Counted from the stretch's first letter, positions 9,822-19,022 are shown. The stretch is 64,000 nt of DNA from Clostridiales bacterium (GCA_017513085.1 JAFWDK010000015.1:64001-128000); one strand, 5' to 3'. Notes: a model not told the origin generated them from the letters alone. Program-made: numbers and translations.

Positions 9822-10700
9822 TTAAAGATCCCAAAGACTCATCTGGGTGTATTTTTCCGGGAACTCGTGCATATACCGGAAGATCTCGTCCGGGTCATGC
9901 ATGATCCCTTTTTCTTTGCAAAAGCACTTGAACATCCTCATCAGTTCTTCCGACCTGGGGCTCGGGATAATGTACGCATTTCCGAAGTTCTTCATGTAGC
10001 GTTCCTTCATCCCCGGGAAGTGCTGATCCATCTTTTCATAGAGATATTCCCGATCACCCTCACGAAGGGTCACGCCCATGTCAAAAGATAAAATGCCCTT
10101 CACTCCGACTCTAGAACACTCTTCGAGGATCGGCTTTACATTCTCTTCGTTATCGTTAATGAACGGAAGAAGCGGCGTCAGCCACACAACGGTCGGGATG
10201 CCTCTTTTATTCATCTCCTCCAGCACTTCGATGCGCCGCTTCGTGTTACAGACATGAGGTTCCAGTATCTTACAAAGATCGTCATCGTAGGTGGTGAGCG
10301 TCATCTGCACGACGCACTTACTTGCTTCGTTGATCTCAGAAAGAAGATCGATGTCCATGAGGATCCGGTCCGACTTCGTCTGTACCGCCACACCGAAACC
10401 GTACTTCTTAATGACCTCCAGGCACTTCCTCATGAGGTGAAGATCCGCTTCGCAGTGCATATACGGATCCGACATGGAACCGGTGCCGATCATGCACTTA
10501 GTTCTCTTCGAGCGGAGTGCTCTCTCCAGAAGCTCCGGTGCATTTTGCTTCACTTCGATATCCTCGAAAGGATGCTTAAACTGATAGCAGGTGCTACGGC
10601 TGTCGCAGTAGATGCACCCGTGCGTACACCCACGGTAGATATTCATCCCGCAGGAACCATGGTTATTTGTCAGGATCCCTTTTGCATCCACAAAGTGCAT
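9822..10700 (-). CDS. Radical SAM protein, spore-photoproduct-lyase-like family
   Basis: NIYRGCTHGCIYCDSR (CxxxCxxC), GSMSDPY, TKSD, QMSLW tail. Confidence 0.88.
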   Translation of the reverse strand: MHFVDAKGILTNNHGSCGMNIYRGCTHGCIYCDSRSTCYQFKHPFEDIEVKQNAPELLERALRSKRTKCMIGTGSMSDPYMHCEADLHLMRKCLEVIKKYGFGVAVQTKSDRILMDIDLLSEINEASKCVVQMTLTTYDDDLCKILEPHVCNTKRRIEVLEEMNKRGIPTVVWLTPLLPFINDNEENVKPILEECSRVGVKGILSFDMGVTLREGDREYLYEKMDQHFPGMKERYMKNFGNAYIIPSPRSEELMRMFKCFCKEKGIMHDPDEIFRYMHEFPEKYTQMSLWDL

Positions 10701-10812
10701 CGCGCTTCTCCTTTCGATCAACAGTTTACTAACATTTTCCGACTTACAAAGTCAGCAAATGCAAGTATAATGGAGACAGGAAGCAGTTAACTTGCTTCCC
10801 TCGAATAGTTAC

Positions 10813-10840
10813 ATTATATCACAAAAGGAACGTATTTTCG
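10813..10840 (-). promoter_or_regulatory. Extended -10 promoter with a near-consensus LexA (Cheo) box
   Basis: TG-A-TATAAT on minus (10813-10821); GAAC-GTAT-TTTC at 10828-10839, one mismatch from GAAC-N4-GTTC. Confidence 0.4.
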
Positions 10841-10845
10841 ACCAC

Positions 10846-11769
10846 TTACTCTTGCTTTTTCTGCATGTGAAGAAGCTTCTTTTCCTTCTGGTAGCCGATC
10901 TTTTTATAGAACAGATTTCCTCCGCCGGTCATGATCTCGGCGCCGAGCTTACGCATCACCTGATCGTGACGGGACAGTGCTGCGGCGGCAAGTCCTTTGT
11001 GCTGATGGGAAGGAACTGTTCCGAGCGGCTCCATGTAGGCCAGTTTATTTTCCGGCACCCACCACATACCTGAGAAACAGACATATTCTTCGTTCTCATC
11101 GGCGATGATCACGGTGTAATCATATGTGGCATGCGGAGAAGGAGCGATCGTGCAGCCATACACATCCTGAAAGAGTTCATGGGCACTTGCGCCACCGCTC
11201 TTTTTGGGGGTCTCCACATCCGTAAACTCTCCGAAATCTTCGCTCATAAAACTGTCCCACATACACTTGGCGGACTTGAGTGGATCCGATGTTTTTGAAT
11301 CTACAAAATGGTATCCTTCCGGAAGCGGATAGTCGAGTTTTCCTTCACGGAAATCGAAGTAGTTTTCCGGTTCTTCATAAGTTACCTGATAGCCGCGCTT
11401 CTTCGCTTCCTCGATCAGCGCGGTCTGGCTGCTGTACAGGTTAAACTCGCGTGGTTCATCAAATTTCGGGTAAGCCTTTTCTGCATACTCGATCATTTCC
11501 CCGGCCAGAAATTCATAGCCTGGACGAAGAACAAAGTATGTGGAAGTAACAGGATTCTCGTAAAACACAAAAGCCACCGGAATATCTCCATCCATCCAGA
11601 AACGATTGAGGCGGAGATAATCTTTATCCATCCAGCAGCAAGTGATCGCATACTCCAGAAACGGTGCCGCAGGTCCGTTACTTCCCTCGGGATCATAGAC
11701 ATCTGTCATGAGTTTCCATGCAAGATCTATGTCTGTTAATATCTGAAATTGTTTTGTTCTAATAGTCAT
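10846..11769 (-). CDS. Long GNAT-family acetyltransferase
   Basis: MEPLGTVPSHQHKGLAAA, FYKKIGY. Confidence 0.85.
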   Translation of the reverse strand: MTIRTKQFQILTDIDLAWKLMTDVYDPEGSNGPAAPFLEYAITCCWMDKDYLRLNRFWMDGDIPVAFVFYENPVTSTYFVLRPGYEFLAGEMIEYAEKAYPKFDEPREFNLYSSQTALIEEAKKRGYQVTYEEPENYFDFREGKLDYPLPEGYHFVDSKTSDPLKSAKCMWDSFMSEDFGEFTDVETPKKSGGASAHELFQDVYGCTIAPSPHATYDYTVIIADENEEYVCFSGMWWVPENKLAYMEPLGTVPSHQHKGLAAAALSRHDQVMRKLGAEIMTGGGNLFYKKIGYQKEKKLLHMQKKQE

Positions 11770-12191
11770 GTTTCTTTATCCCCTTCCAGCCACTGATGCA
11801 TGCCGGGTCCGAACTGTTCCGACGGACGGTCCACAAATCCGAATTTCTTATAAAACTCGTTTTTTCCTTTGGCGGACATTAGGGACACCATAAACAGATA
11901 TCCGGGTTTCATCTGGGCACGGATGAAGTCCATCATGGTCTCCATGATCTTTCTTCCCAGGCCTTGTCCCTGATGCTCCGGAAGCACGATGACATCCGCT
12001 ATATAGATCACATATCCATGGTCCCAGATGATCCTTCCCAGAGCAATCGGGCGGTCATCTTCACGGATACACCAGATATAGCAGTTCTTCAAGCCCTCGG
12101 CAGCCTGTTCCAGCGGGAACTCATGCCAGCCGACTGCTTTTCTCATCGCCATGTATTCATCCGGACGGATCGTATTTGTCATCACCTGCAT
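11766..12191 (-). CDS. GNAT N-acetyltransferase
   Basis: DVIVLPEHQGQGLGR, FYKKFGF; ATGA overlap with the next gene. Confidence 0.9.
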   Translation of the reverse strand: MQVMTNTIRPDEYMAMRKAVGWHEFPLEQAAEGLKNCYIWCIREDDRPIALGRIIWDHGYVIYIADVIVLPEHQGQGLGRKIMETMMDFIRAQMKPGYLFMVSLMSAKGKNEFYKKFGFVDRPSEQFGPGMHQWLEGDKET

Positions 12192-12264
12192 CGCACATGC
12201 CTTCTTTCGATTATTCTTCTGTCATTATAATCTACCCGGTTTCATTGCAACAGAAACTGGTAGT

Positions 12265-12824
12265 TTATATATTGCCTATATATGTTCCCAGCCAGGTAGA
12301 GATAATATATTTCCGATCCTCGTCTATCATCTTAAAATCAGCAAGGTATTCATATTCAAACTCACGCACCAGTTTCATGGACGATAGTTCTAATAATGCA
12401 GATACGCATATAAGGTATGTCCTTTCTCATCTTTAAACCCATCGTCTAAAATACTGAAATGATTCTCCATATCCAGAAGCATCGTGTTCCCATTATCAAG
12501 ATCCAGAATGTAATTACTGTCGTCGGTGAACGTCATGAGATTGCCTTCGCACTTCAACATTTTATTTCTGAAGATCTCTTCTCCGGTTTCCATGGATATC
12601 AGTGCCAGAAGTCCGCTGGTGTTCTTTGCCGCTACCAGTTTTCTGTCCGGAGATACCGCAACATATCCAACATTGCTGACGGTTTTCGTCTTAAGTACAG
12701 GCTCTAGTGTCTCAAGATCATAAACATAGATACCGTTTCTGCCATTACTCGTTGCGGTCAGTTTCTCATCATCGGATATAAACAGATCCCACGACCAGCC
12801 GCTTATCTTCTTATCTTTCGCCAT
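12265..12824 (-). pseudogene. WD40/YVTN beta-propeller protein, internally deleted and frameshifted
   Basis: ORF 12390-12824 has VAVSPDRKLVA and MTFTDDSNYI repeats; a shifted frame continues ...LLELSSMKLVREFEYEYLADF...STWLGTYIGNI to a stop at 12265. Confidence 0.55.
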
Positions 12825-12834
12825 TTTCTACCCC

Positions 12835-14394
12835 TTACATCAGGTTCTTATGATTTCCATTATAGCTCTTAAACACGAGTTTCCCGGCATCATCTTTATT
12901 GTTTCTATAAAGCCGGATCTCGGTTTCATGAAGCGGATAGCACTTGCCGCCTGCTTTGATTTCGAATGTAAAAGCACTTTCCCCGGTTCCGACACGGATG
13001 ATGAATTCTCCTTTCAGGGAGTCACCTCTGTTTCCGAACGCCTCGTCAAAAACCCGCAGGATCTCCTCTTTATTGAAGTAAATAAAGCAGGAGTATTTCT
13101 CTTTCTCATCTTCGAAGCGTAAGAACACATCCTTCAAGCGGGCAGGATCCATCTTCTCTTCCCATTCCCCACCGGAAAGGATCTTTTCTCCGTTGAAAAA
13201 ACGGCAGATGGTTTTCGTGATTTTGAAGCGGTCGTTTTCCGGACGGAAAAGGATCGTATAGTGGAATCTTTTCAGGTAGTTGTTGATGGTTTCAAGAGAA
13301 GGAACTCCGGATACTTCGCCGATCTCATCACCGGTTCTCTCGTGGGTAATGAAATTGCTCTTTTTCTCTTTCAGAAAGTCCGACACCTTCTGCTCATACT
13401 CCTTCGTCAATTCCCCCTGAAGAGGATAATCGAGCATGATGTTATGGATCTGGTTACGCCAGTTATGATACATAACCACTTTTCCATGAGGCAGGATCTG
13501 AAATTCGATATAATCCCATCTGAATCGTTCTTCATCATCCAGATAGCGATTCAGCTCATCCGGAAGATCTGCATCTAATTTATACGTATTCCCTTCAGAA
13601 AAGTCATACCATGCCATTACCACATGACTTGGCACAGGCGGCGAATCTCCGCCCTCATCACCTGCGAATCCGAGACAGCCGCGAAGAAGACCGTAGCTGG
13701 ACACACTATGTGTTTCGGTTGAAAAAGTGAATTTCCCTTCCAGAAGAAAAAAACACAACTTACCATACGTCTTCACACTGATATTGTTACTTCCATATAC
13801 ATCCCAGTGCGTAAGTTCAATCGGGACCGCATCCAGTTCTTTTCCTTCCCACTCGTCATTTCCCTCCAGCATACTTTCCCGGAACAGTGCTTTTCGATAG
13901 TCTTCCGTGCGAAGCTTAGCCCATCTTGCATGGTCATCAAATGCATCGCCGGAAAGATGTGACTCCCGGTTCATCAGCATAATAGAAATACTGATCAAAG
14001 CAGCAAAAGCTAACACAATATATAAACCGATCGGGTTTCCGTTCACTTTGAAAAACTGAATCAGAAGGAAAGATATCACACCCAGGATCACACTTGTAAC
14101 TGTCACATAGAACGAACGGAAACCGCGTGCCATACCGTTCCCCGCCGCGTCACTGTTGGGATAGAAGGGCCTGAAATAGAACCAGTAATGGTCAAAAAGA
14201 ATGATCGCGATCATAGAAGAAAATGGTGATCTCAACGCGATGAGATAAAGGCTTTCCAGCTGGGATAGAAGGACCAGCGATATGAATGTGGTCAGAAGAA
14301 AATTTCTTACACGGCGGGCCGGCTTATACAGCCATTTCACACACAGGCCGAAAAAGCTGCCTAAAATACAGGCCACATATAATCCGATATGCAT
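12835..14394 (-). CDS. Membrane-anchored DUF2931-like protein
   Basis: About 4 N-terminal TM helices; PPVPSHVVMAWYDFSEGNTYKLDADLP, ILPHGKVVMY, FFNGE, FNKEEILRVF resemble DUF2931 motifs. Confidence 0.55.
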   Translation of the reverse strand: MHIGLYVACILGSFFGLCVKWLYKPARRVRNFLLTTFISLVLLSQLESLYLIALRSPFSSMIAIILFDHYWFYFRPFYPNSDAAGNGMARGFRSFYVTVTSVILGVISFLLIQFFKVNGNPIGLYIVLAFAALISISIMLMNRESHLSGDAFDDHARWAKLRTEDYRKALFRESMLEGNDEWEGKELDAVPIELTHWDVYGSNNISVKTYGKLCFFLLEGKFTFSTETHSVSSYGLLRGCLGFAGDEGGDSPPVPSHVVMAWYDFSEGNTYKLDADLPDELNRYLDDEERFRWDYIEFQILPHGKVVMYHNWRNQIHNIMLDYPLQGELTKEYEQKVSDFLKEKKSNFITHERTGDEIGEVSGVPSLETINNYLKRFHYTILFRPENDRFKITKTICRFFNGEKILSGGEWEEKMDPARLKDVFLRFEDEKEKYSCFIYFNKEEILRVFDEAFGNRGDSLKGEFIIRVGTGESAFTFEIKAGGKCYPLHETEIRLYRNNKDDAGKLVFKSYNGNHKNLM

Positions 14395-14521
14395 CGCCGA
14401 TCATTCTCCTTTTCCTCGATGAACAATATTCGAGGGGATTATATCAGCAAACCAAATCGCGATTTGGTAAAAAACTTACTTTTCTGTTGAATAAACTACT
14501 TGAGAATGCCCATAGGTATGA

Positions 14522-15145
14522 TTACTTTGGTCCTGTCGGTTTTCCATGACCATAGTAGATCTTTCTTGGACCTAGGCTTCTTATCTTCTCTGCGCTCGCC
14601 TTAAGGGCATCCTTATCACAATACAAGTGTCCGGTGGCCGGTGTGATCCAGTTATCCAGCGCATCGCCTACGATCAGGTCCGTTCCTTCCACATCCACGC
14701 CTATCGAGCCTTTCGTATGACCGGGAAATTCCAGTATCTTCGCGCTGATCCCATATTCGGACAGATCGTCTCCCTCTTTGATATGGATCACATTTTCAGG
14801 TCTTTTCACAACGGTATTGCGCAGAACTTTCAGTGACATTCCCAATACGACTTTCCCGACGATTCCGTAGGATTTCATCGGCTGATTATCGAAGCTCTCG
14901 AAAAGATTCTCGTCTGCTGCATGGTAAGCAACCGGTACCCCAAAGTGTTCTGAAAGTTTCGCCGCATTTTCTGCATGATCGAAATGCACATGTGTCAGTA
15001 CGATAAGGCGCATGTTATACTTGCTGCATTCTTCCAGCACTTTTTCATAAGACTCCCCGCTGGCCGTATCCACGAGGATCGCCTCTTTCCCTTCTGATAC
15101 GATGTAGCAGTTATCCGTCTTACCTTTGATCCATTCTATCTTCAT
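14522..15145 (-). CDS. MBL-fold metallo-hydrolase
   Basis: THVHFDH, PGHTKGS, GD, GHG. Confidence 0.92.
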   Translation of the reverse strand: MKIEWIKGKTDNCYIVSEGKEAILVDTASGESYEKVLEECSKYNMRLIVLTHVHFDHAENAAKLSEHFGVPVAYHAADENLFESFDNQPMKSYGIVGKVVLGMSLKVLRNTVVKRPENVIHIKEGDDLSEYGISAKILEFPGHTKGSIGVDVEGTDLIVGDALDNWITPATGHLYCDKDALKASAEKIRSLGPRKIYYGHGKPTGPK

Positions 15146-15175
15146 CCTGTTCCTTATCCTTCCACTTCAGCAATC

Positions 15176-15222
15176 AGTTCTCACAAAAGAGAGCCGGTTT
15201 CCCGACTCTCTTCTATGAACTT
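15176..15222 (-). terminator. Long hairpin/terminator after the MerR gene
   Basis: AAGAGAGUCGG-GAAA-CCGGCUCUCUU followed by UUUG on minus. Confidence 0.7.
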
Positions 15223-15241
15223 TCGTATCTTATTATACTGC

Positions 15242-15976
15242 TTATTCTGCCTGATCGCAGTAGATCCGGATCGCGTTGTCCAAGAAAACCGCTGTGCCTT
15301 CTCCGCCCCAGGAATCGATGTTCTCGGTGAATTCACCGCCGCCGGAATACATCTTTCCAAGGCCGCGCAGGATCTTGGGGGTGCAGGTGTACATGTTTTC
15401 CGTGATGAATCCCTGGAGCTGCTTCACCATGTCCTGTGCTTCCGGTGATGCCGGATCTTTCTCCTTCATCTTTCCGGCTTCCTTAAACAGCAGCATGAAG
15501 CGGTCCATCATGAGGTTCTCCTCTTCCTTCGTCCGGCTGCTAGACTTCTCCTGCATCTCCTGAAACTCCGGTGTGCTCCCGTACTGTTCTTTTGCCTTGC
15601 GGGAATACTCATCTAACTTACTTCTATCAAAGGCTTTAAAATCCATATGCCTCACTCCTACTTTCTTTATTCCAAGCGCGAAATTCATCAGGTTCTCGAT
15701 GTGCTCCTTCTTAAGACGCAAAAGCTCGATCTGCTGATCCAGAGCTTTGTTTCTGTCAAAGTCCGGGCTGCTCAAGATTGCCTGAATATCCTTAAGCGGA
15801 AACTCCAATTCACGAAACAGTAAAATGTGCTGAAGGCGTTCCAGATCCGTATCGTCATACAGTCTGTATCCCGCATCGGTGTATCCCGTCGGATGCAAAA
15901 GACCGATCTTGTCGTAATACTGCAGGGTGCGTATACTCACCCCGGCGAGCTTACTTACTTCATGTACCGTCATCAT
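15242..15976 (-). CDS. MerR-family regulator with TipAS-like antibiotic-recognition domain
   Basis: VSKLAGVSIRTLQYYDKIGLL; C-term DPASPEAQ, LGKMY, FTENID. Confidence 0.9.
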   Translation of the reverse strand: MMTVHEVSKLAGVSIRTLQYYDKIGLLHPTGYTDAGYRLYDDTDLERLQHILLFRELEFPLKDIQAILSSPDFDRNKALDQQIELLRLKKEHIENLMNFALGIKKVGVRHMDFKAFDRSKLDEYSRKAKEQYGSTPEFQEMQEKSSSRTKEEENLMMDRFMLLFKEAGKMKEKDPASPEAQDMVKQLQGFITENMYTCTPKILRGLGKMYSGGGEFTENIDSWGGEGTAVFLDNAIRIYCDQAE

Positions 15977-16007
15977 GTTTTCGTCCTCCACTTAGCTTGG
16001 TAGCTTT

Positions 16008-16038
16008 ACTATAAACTATGACGTAACGTCAGAGTCAA
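16008..16038 (-). promoter_or_regulatory. MerR-type promoter with 19-bp spacer and operator dyad
   Basis: TTGACT-19-TATAGT; perfect dyad TGACGT-A-ACGTCA at 16019-16031. Confidence 0.85.
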
Positions 16039-16095
16039 GTGCTTTTTCCAAAGATGTATCATAAAGGGGTATTGTTCGAAAAAAGAATGATCTGA

Positions 16096-16168
16096 TTCCC
16101 GTTTTTTCCTCAAAAAGTATGAACCGATTTTTCTTGAACGACACTCCAAAAATGGTGCATCGTTCAAC
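16096..16168. repeat. 73-bp direct repeat, copy 1
   Basis: Identical to 16601-16673; contains the hairpin TTGAACGA...TCGTTCAA. Confidence 0.92.
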
Positions 16169-16173
16169 GATCT

Positions 16174-16270
16174 GGGGGGTGGGGCGGGGAGCGTAAGGGG
16201 ACATGGGTGCTGGAGTGCAGGGGGGGCTGGAGTCAGGGGCCCAGGGGCGCAGGAGTCAAGGGTGCAGGGG
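16174..16270 (+). repeat. G-rich tract: G-quadruplex motif plus degenerate GTGCAGGG octamers
   Basis: GGGGGG-T-GGGG-C-GGGG-AGCGTAA-GGGG-ACAT-GGG, then GTGCTGGA, GTGCAGGG, GCCCAGGG, GCGCAGGA, GTGCAGGG. Confidence 0.7.
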
Positions 16271-16271
16271 C

Positions 16272-16628
16272 AAATTCATACTTTTTGCAAGTTTCGAGCT
16301 CAAAAGAATGTACTTGTCTCAGTCCTGAATTAACGAATTCATACTTTTTTCCGTTTTTTTCTCAAAAGGTAAGAAATCCCTTTGACGGAGCGCAGGTGAA
16401 TTCATACTTTTTCCCGTTTTTTCCTCAAAAGGTATGAAATCCCCTTTGACGGAGCGCAGGTGAATTCATACTTTTTCCCGTTTTTTCCTCAAAAGGTATG
16501 AAATCCCTTTGACGGAGCGCAGGTGAATTCATACTTTTTCCCGTTTTTTCCTCAAAAAGTATGAATTCTCATAGACGGAGCACAAGTGAATTCATACTTT
16601 TTCCCGTTTTTTCCTCAAAAAGTATGAA
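16272..16628. repeat. Tandem array of six palindromic units, 63-bp period
   Basis: Unit starts 16272 (degenerate), 16335, 16398, 16462, 16525, 16588; best copy GAATTCATACTTTTT-CCCGTTTTTTCCTC-AAAAAGTATGAATTC; linkers of about 19 nt such as CCTTTGACGGAGCGCAGGT. Confidence 0.93.
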
Positions 16629-16673
16629 CCGATTTTTCTTGAACGACACTCCAAAAATGGTGCATCGTTCAAC
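16601..16673. repeat. 73-bp direct repeat, copy 2
   Basis: Identical to 16096-16168. Confidence 0.92.
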
Positions 16674-16810
16674 TGAAGTGACCCTAAAGCTGGCAACAAC
16701 TTTGGATACACTTCGTTTTGAGGCAGCCTTTTCATGTTTCTTTATCCCCTTCCTTTCAATAGAAAATGTGGTGCTATAATGAAGACAGAAATCCGAAGGA
16801 GGCTCCATAT

Positions 16811-17710
16811 ATGCTTCGACAACCGTTGGGAGAACTCCCTGTCAGCATTCGCAGATATGAAACTACGGTAACCGGAAAAACAACGCAAAGAAGAGTGCCT
16901 CTTACTATTTTCTATCCATCTATCAGATGGGAAACCGAGTATCCGTATCAGGATCCGGTCTGGCAGAAATCGCCGGATCATCCGGACAACGGAGTACACA
17001 CTTTTTGCGGAAAAGAAGAAGCGTTAGCCGAAGTCAAGAATAAGTACCCTGTGATCCTTTTCAGCCATGGTCTCTGCGGGTATGAAATGGAGAGTACCGT
17101 CCTTTGCGCAGATCTGGCTTCTTACAGATATGTCGTAGTCAGTATCGGTCATCCTCGCGGCTCAAAAGTCGTGACGTATATCGATGGAAGTATATATGAA
17201 GATCCCGAGCCCTTCAGTAAGATCCGCCATAAACTGGATACGGTCGAACCCCTCTGGTATGAGGACTTCCTGTCCGCCAGGGACATGCTTTCAAACCTGA
17301 ATCAGACAGATCCGTTCTGGCGCGATCACCTGGATGTCTCTGACATAGGTATCGTAGGAAACTCTTTCGGCGGATGCTGCGGCATCGCGACGGCTCTAAA
17401 AAACAACACATTCCGATATGCCGTAAATCTGGACGGAGGACTCTTTGTTCCCCTCACCTATTCATTTACGGACACCCCGATCCTGATCCTACGCAGCATT
17501 CTGAATTTCAAATCAAATGCCGGACTTTCACGTCACGGCTGTACGAATGTGGAAGTAACAAAATACAGAAAACTCGTCCACTACGAATTCAGCGACGGCA
17601 TTTATCTGGGTCCGAGAGGAAAGAAGAACCGCGACTGGGCAGATCAGATCAGTCGTGAACGTTCAGAGCGGATCCTGGCATTCCTTACTAAATCCCGATC
17701 AGATCTCTGA
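16811..17710 (+). CDS. Alpha/beta hydrolase (PAF-acetylhydrolase-like esterase)
   Basis: YPVILFSHG, GNSFGG nucleophile, VNLDG; RBS AAGGAGG; TG-C-TATAAT upstream. Confidence 0.85.
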   Translation: MLRQPLGELPVSIRRYETTVTGKTTQRRVPLTIFYPSIRWETEYPYQDPVWQKSPDHPDNGVHTFCGKEEALAEVKNKYPVILFSHGLCGYEMESTVLCADLASYRYVVVSIGHPRGSKVVTYIDGSIYEDPEPFSKIRHKLDTVEPLWYEDFLSARDMLSNLNQTDPFWRDHLDVSDIGIVGNSFGGCCGIATALKNNTFRYAVNLDGGLFVPLTYSFTDTPILILRSILNFKSNAGLSRHGCTNVEVTKYRKLVHYEFSDGIYLGPRGKKNRDWADQISRERSERILAFLTKSRSDL

Positions 17711-17837
17711 ATCCCTCACTTACACATGTGTCGGCTTCTATACTTTTGGGCATTTAAAAAACTCGTTTCCCATTCACGGGCAGTTTACAAAATGCTGCTA
17801 TTCTAATATCAAGAGATTTCTGTCATGGAGGTACCGG

Positions 17838-19022
17838 ATGAATACACGTAACGGATTTCCGATCCTGGGCTTTGGCTGCATGCGCTTTGCCACGAAAGGC
17901 CGTAGTATAGATTTTGAAAAAGCAGAAGAACAGATCCTCCGCGCATTTGATCTGGGGATCACTTATTTTGATACGGCGTATATCTATCCCGGAAGTGAAG
18001 ATACCATAGGAAAAGTACTGGAAAAGCATCATCTTCGTGAGAAGATCACTTTGACGACAAAACTCCCGCAGTATCTTGTCAAAAAGCGCGAAGACCTGGA
18101 TAAGTATCTGGACGAAGAACTTAAGCGTCTGCGCACCACTTACCTCGATTATTATCTGTTCCATCACATGACGGATATCGTGCAGTGGGAATACTTGCTT
18201 TCACTGGGTGTAACAGACTGGATCGAAGAGAAAAAAGCAGAAGGAAAGATTCGTCACGTCGGCTTCTCTTTTCACGGAAATACGGAGATGTATCTGAAAA
18301 TCCTTTCCGCTTATTCGTGGGAATTAAGTCTCGTCCAGTATAACTACATGGATGAAAACTCTCAGGCAGGAAGAGAAGGAATTGCCGAAGCATATAAAAG
18401 AGGTATTCCCGTTTTCATCATGGAACCTCTTCGTGGTGGTAAACTTGTAGATCTTTTGCCTGAAAAAGCGAAGAAAGAAATCGCCGCGGATCCACATGGC
18501 TGGACACCGGCCGAGTGGGCATTCCGATGGCTTTGGAATCAGAAAGAGATCACCTGCGTGCTTTCGGGCATGAATTCGATCCCCATGATTGAAGAAAATA
18601 TACGTATCGCCTCCTCCACGGAAGCCGATTCATGGGGACCGGAAGAGATGGCCATGATCGACAGGATCCGTACCTACATCAACGAAAATACGAAGGTTGG
18701 CTGCACAGGATGCAAGTATTGTCTTCCCTGCCCTCGCGGTGTAGACATTCCGAGTATTTTTTCCTGCTACAATCACATGTATTCCGAGAAAAAATCCTCC
18801 GGACGGAAAGAATACTATCAGACGATCGCCTTACGTCTGGAACCGGCAGACGCGACCCGCTGTGTCGGATGCGGAAAATGTGAGAAACACTGTCCGCAGA
18901 ATATTCCGATTCGCGAGAAACTGAAGGAAGCCAACAAAGCGCTTTCTCCTCTTCCTTACAGAGTCGTTGCCAAGCTCTCGCGGAAAATACTGGTCGCAAA
19001 GAAAAAGAAAAAAACTTCCTGA
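17838..19022 (+). CDS. Aldo/keto reductase with 4Fe-4S dicluster
   Basis: LGFGCMRF, YFDTAY, MEPLRGG, CTGCKYCLPCP, CVGCGKCEKHCPQ; RBS GGAGGT. Confidence 0.9.
   Translation: MNTRNGFPILGFGCMRFATKGRSIDFEKAEEQILRAFDLGITYFDTAYIYPGSEDTIGKVLEKHHLREKITLTTKLPQYLVKKREDLDKYLDEELKRLRTTYLDYYLFHHMTDIVQWEYLLSLGVTDWIEEKKAEGKIRHVGFSFHGNTEMYLKILSAYSWELSLVQYNYMDENSQAGREGIAEAYKRGIPVFIMEPLRGGKLVDLLPEKAKKEIAADPHGWTPAEWAFRWLWNQKEITCVLSGMNSIPMIEENIRIASSTEADSWGPEEMAMIDRIRTYINENTKVGCTGCKYCLPCPRGVDIPSIFSCYNHMYSEKKSSGRKEYYQTIALRLEPADATRCVGCGKCEKHCPQNIPIREKLKEANKALSPLPYRVVAKLSRKILVAKKKKKTS

Noticed and set aside
16272-16628. CRISPR array
   Set aside because: Linkers are only about 19-20 nt and nearly identical to one another, the repeats are about 44 nt, and no cas genes are in the window
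16016-16808. Short ORFs over the repeat array (e.g. 16207-16437, 16561-16779)
   Set aside because: They are translations of the DNA repeats, with no RBS and with frame-breaking unit length variation
17655-17837. N-terminal extensions in the ORF track (also 3422, 16766, 36671, 40801, 63300)
   Set aside because: Better RBS-linked starts lie downstream; the extensions run through promoters or neighbouring genes
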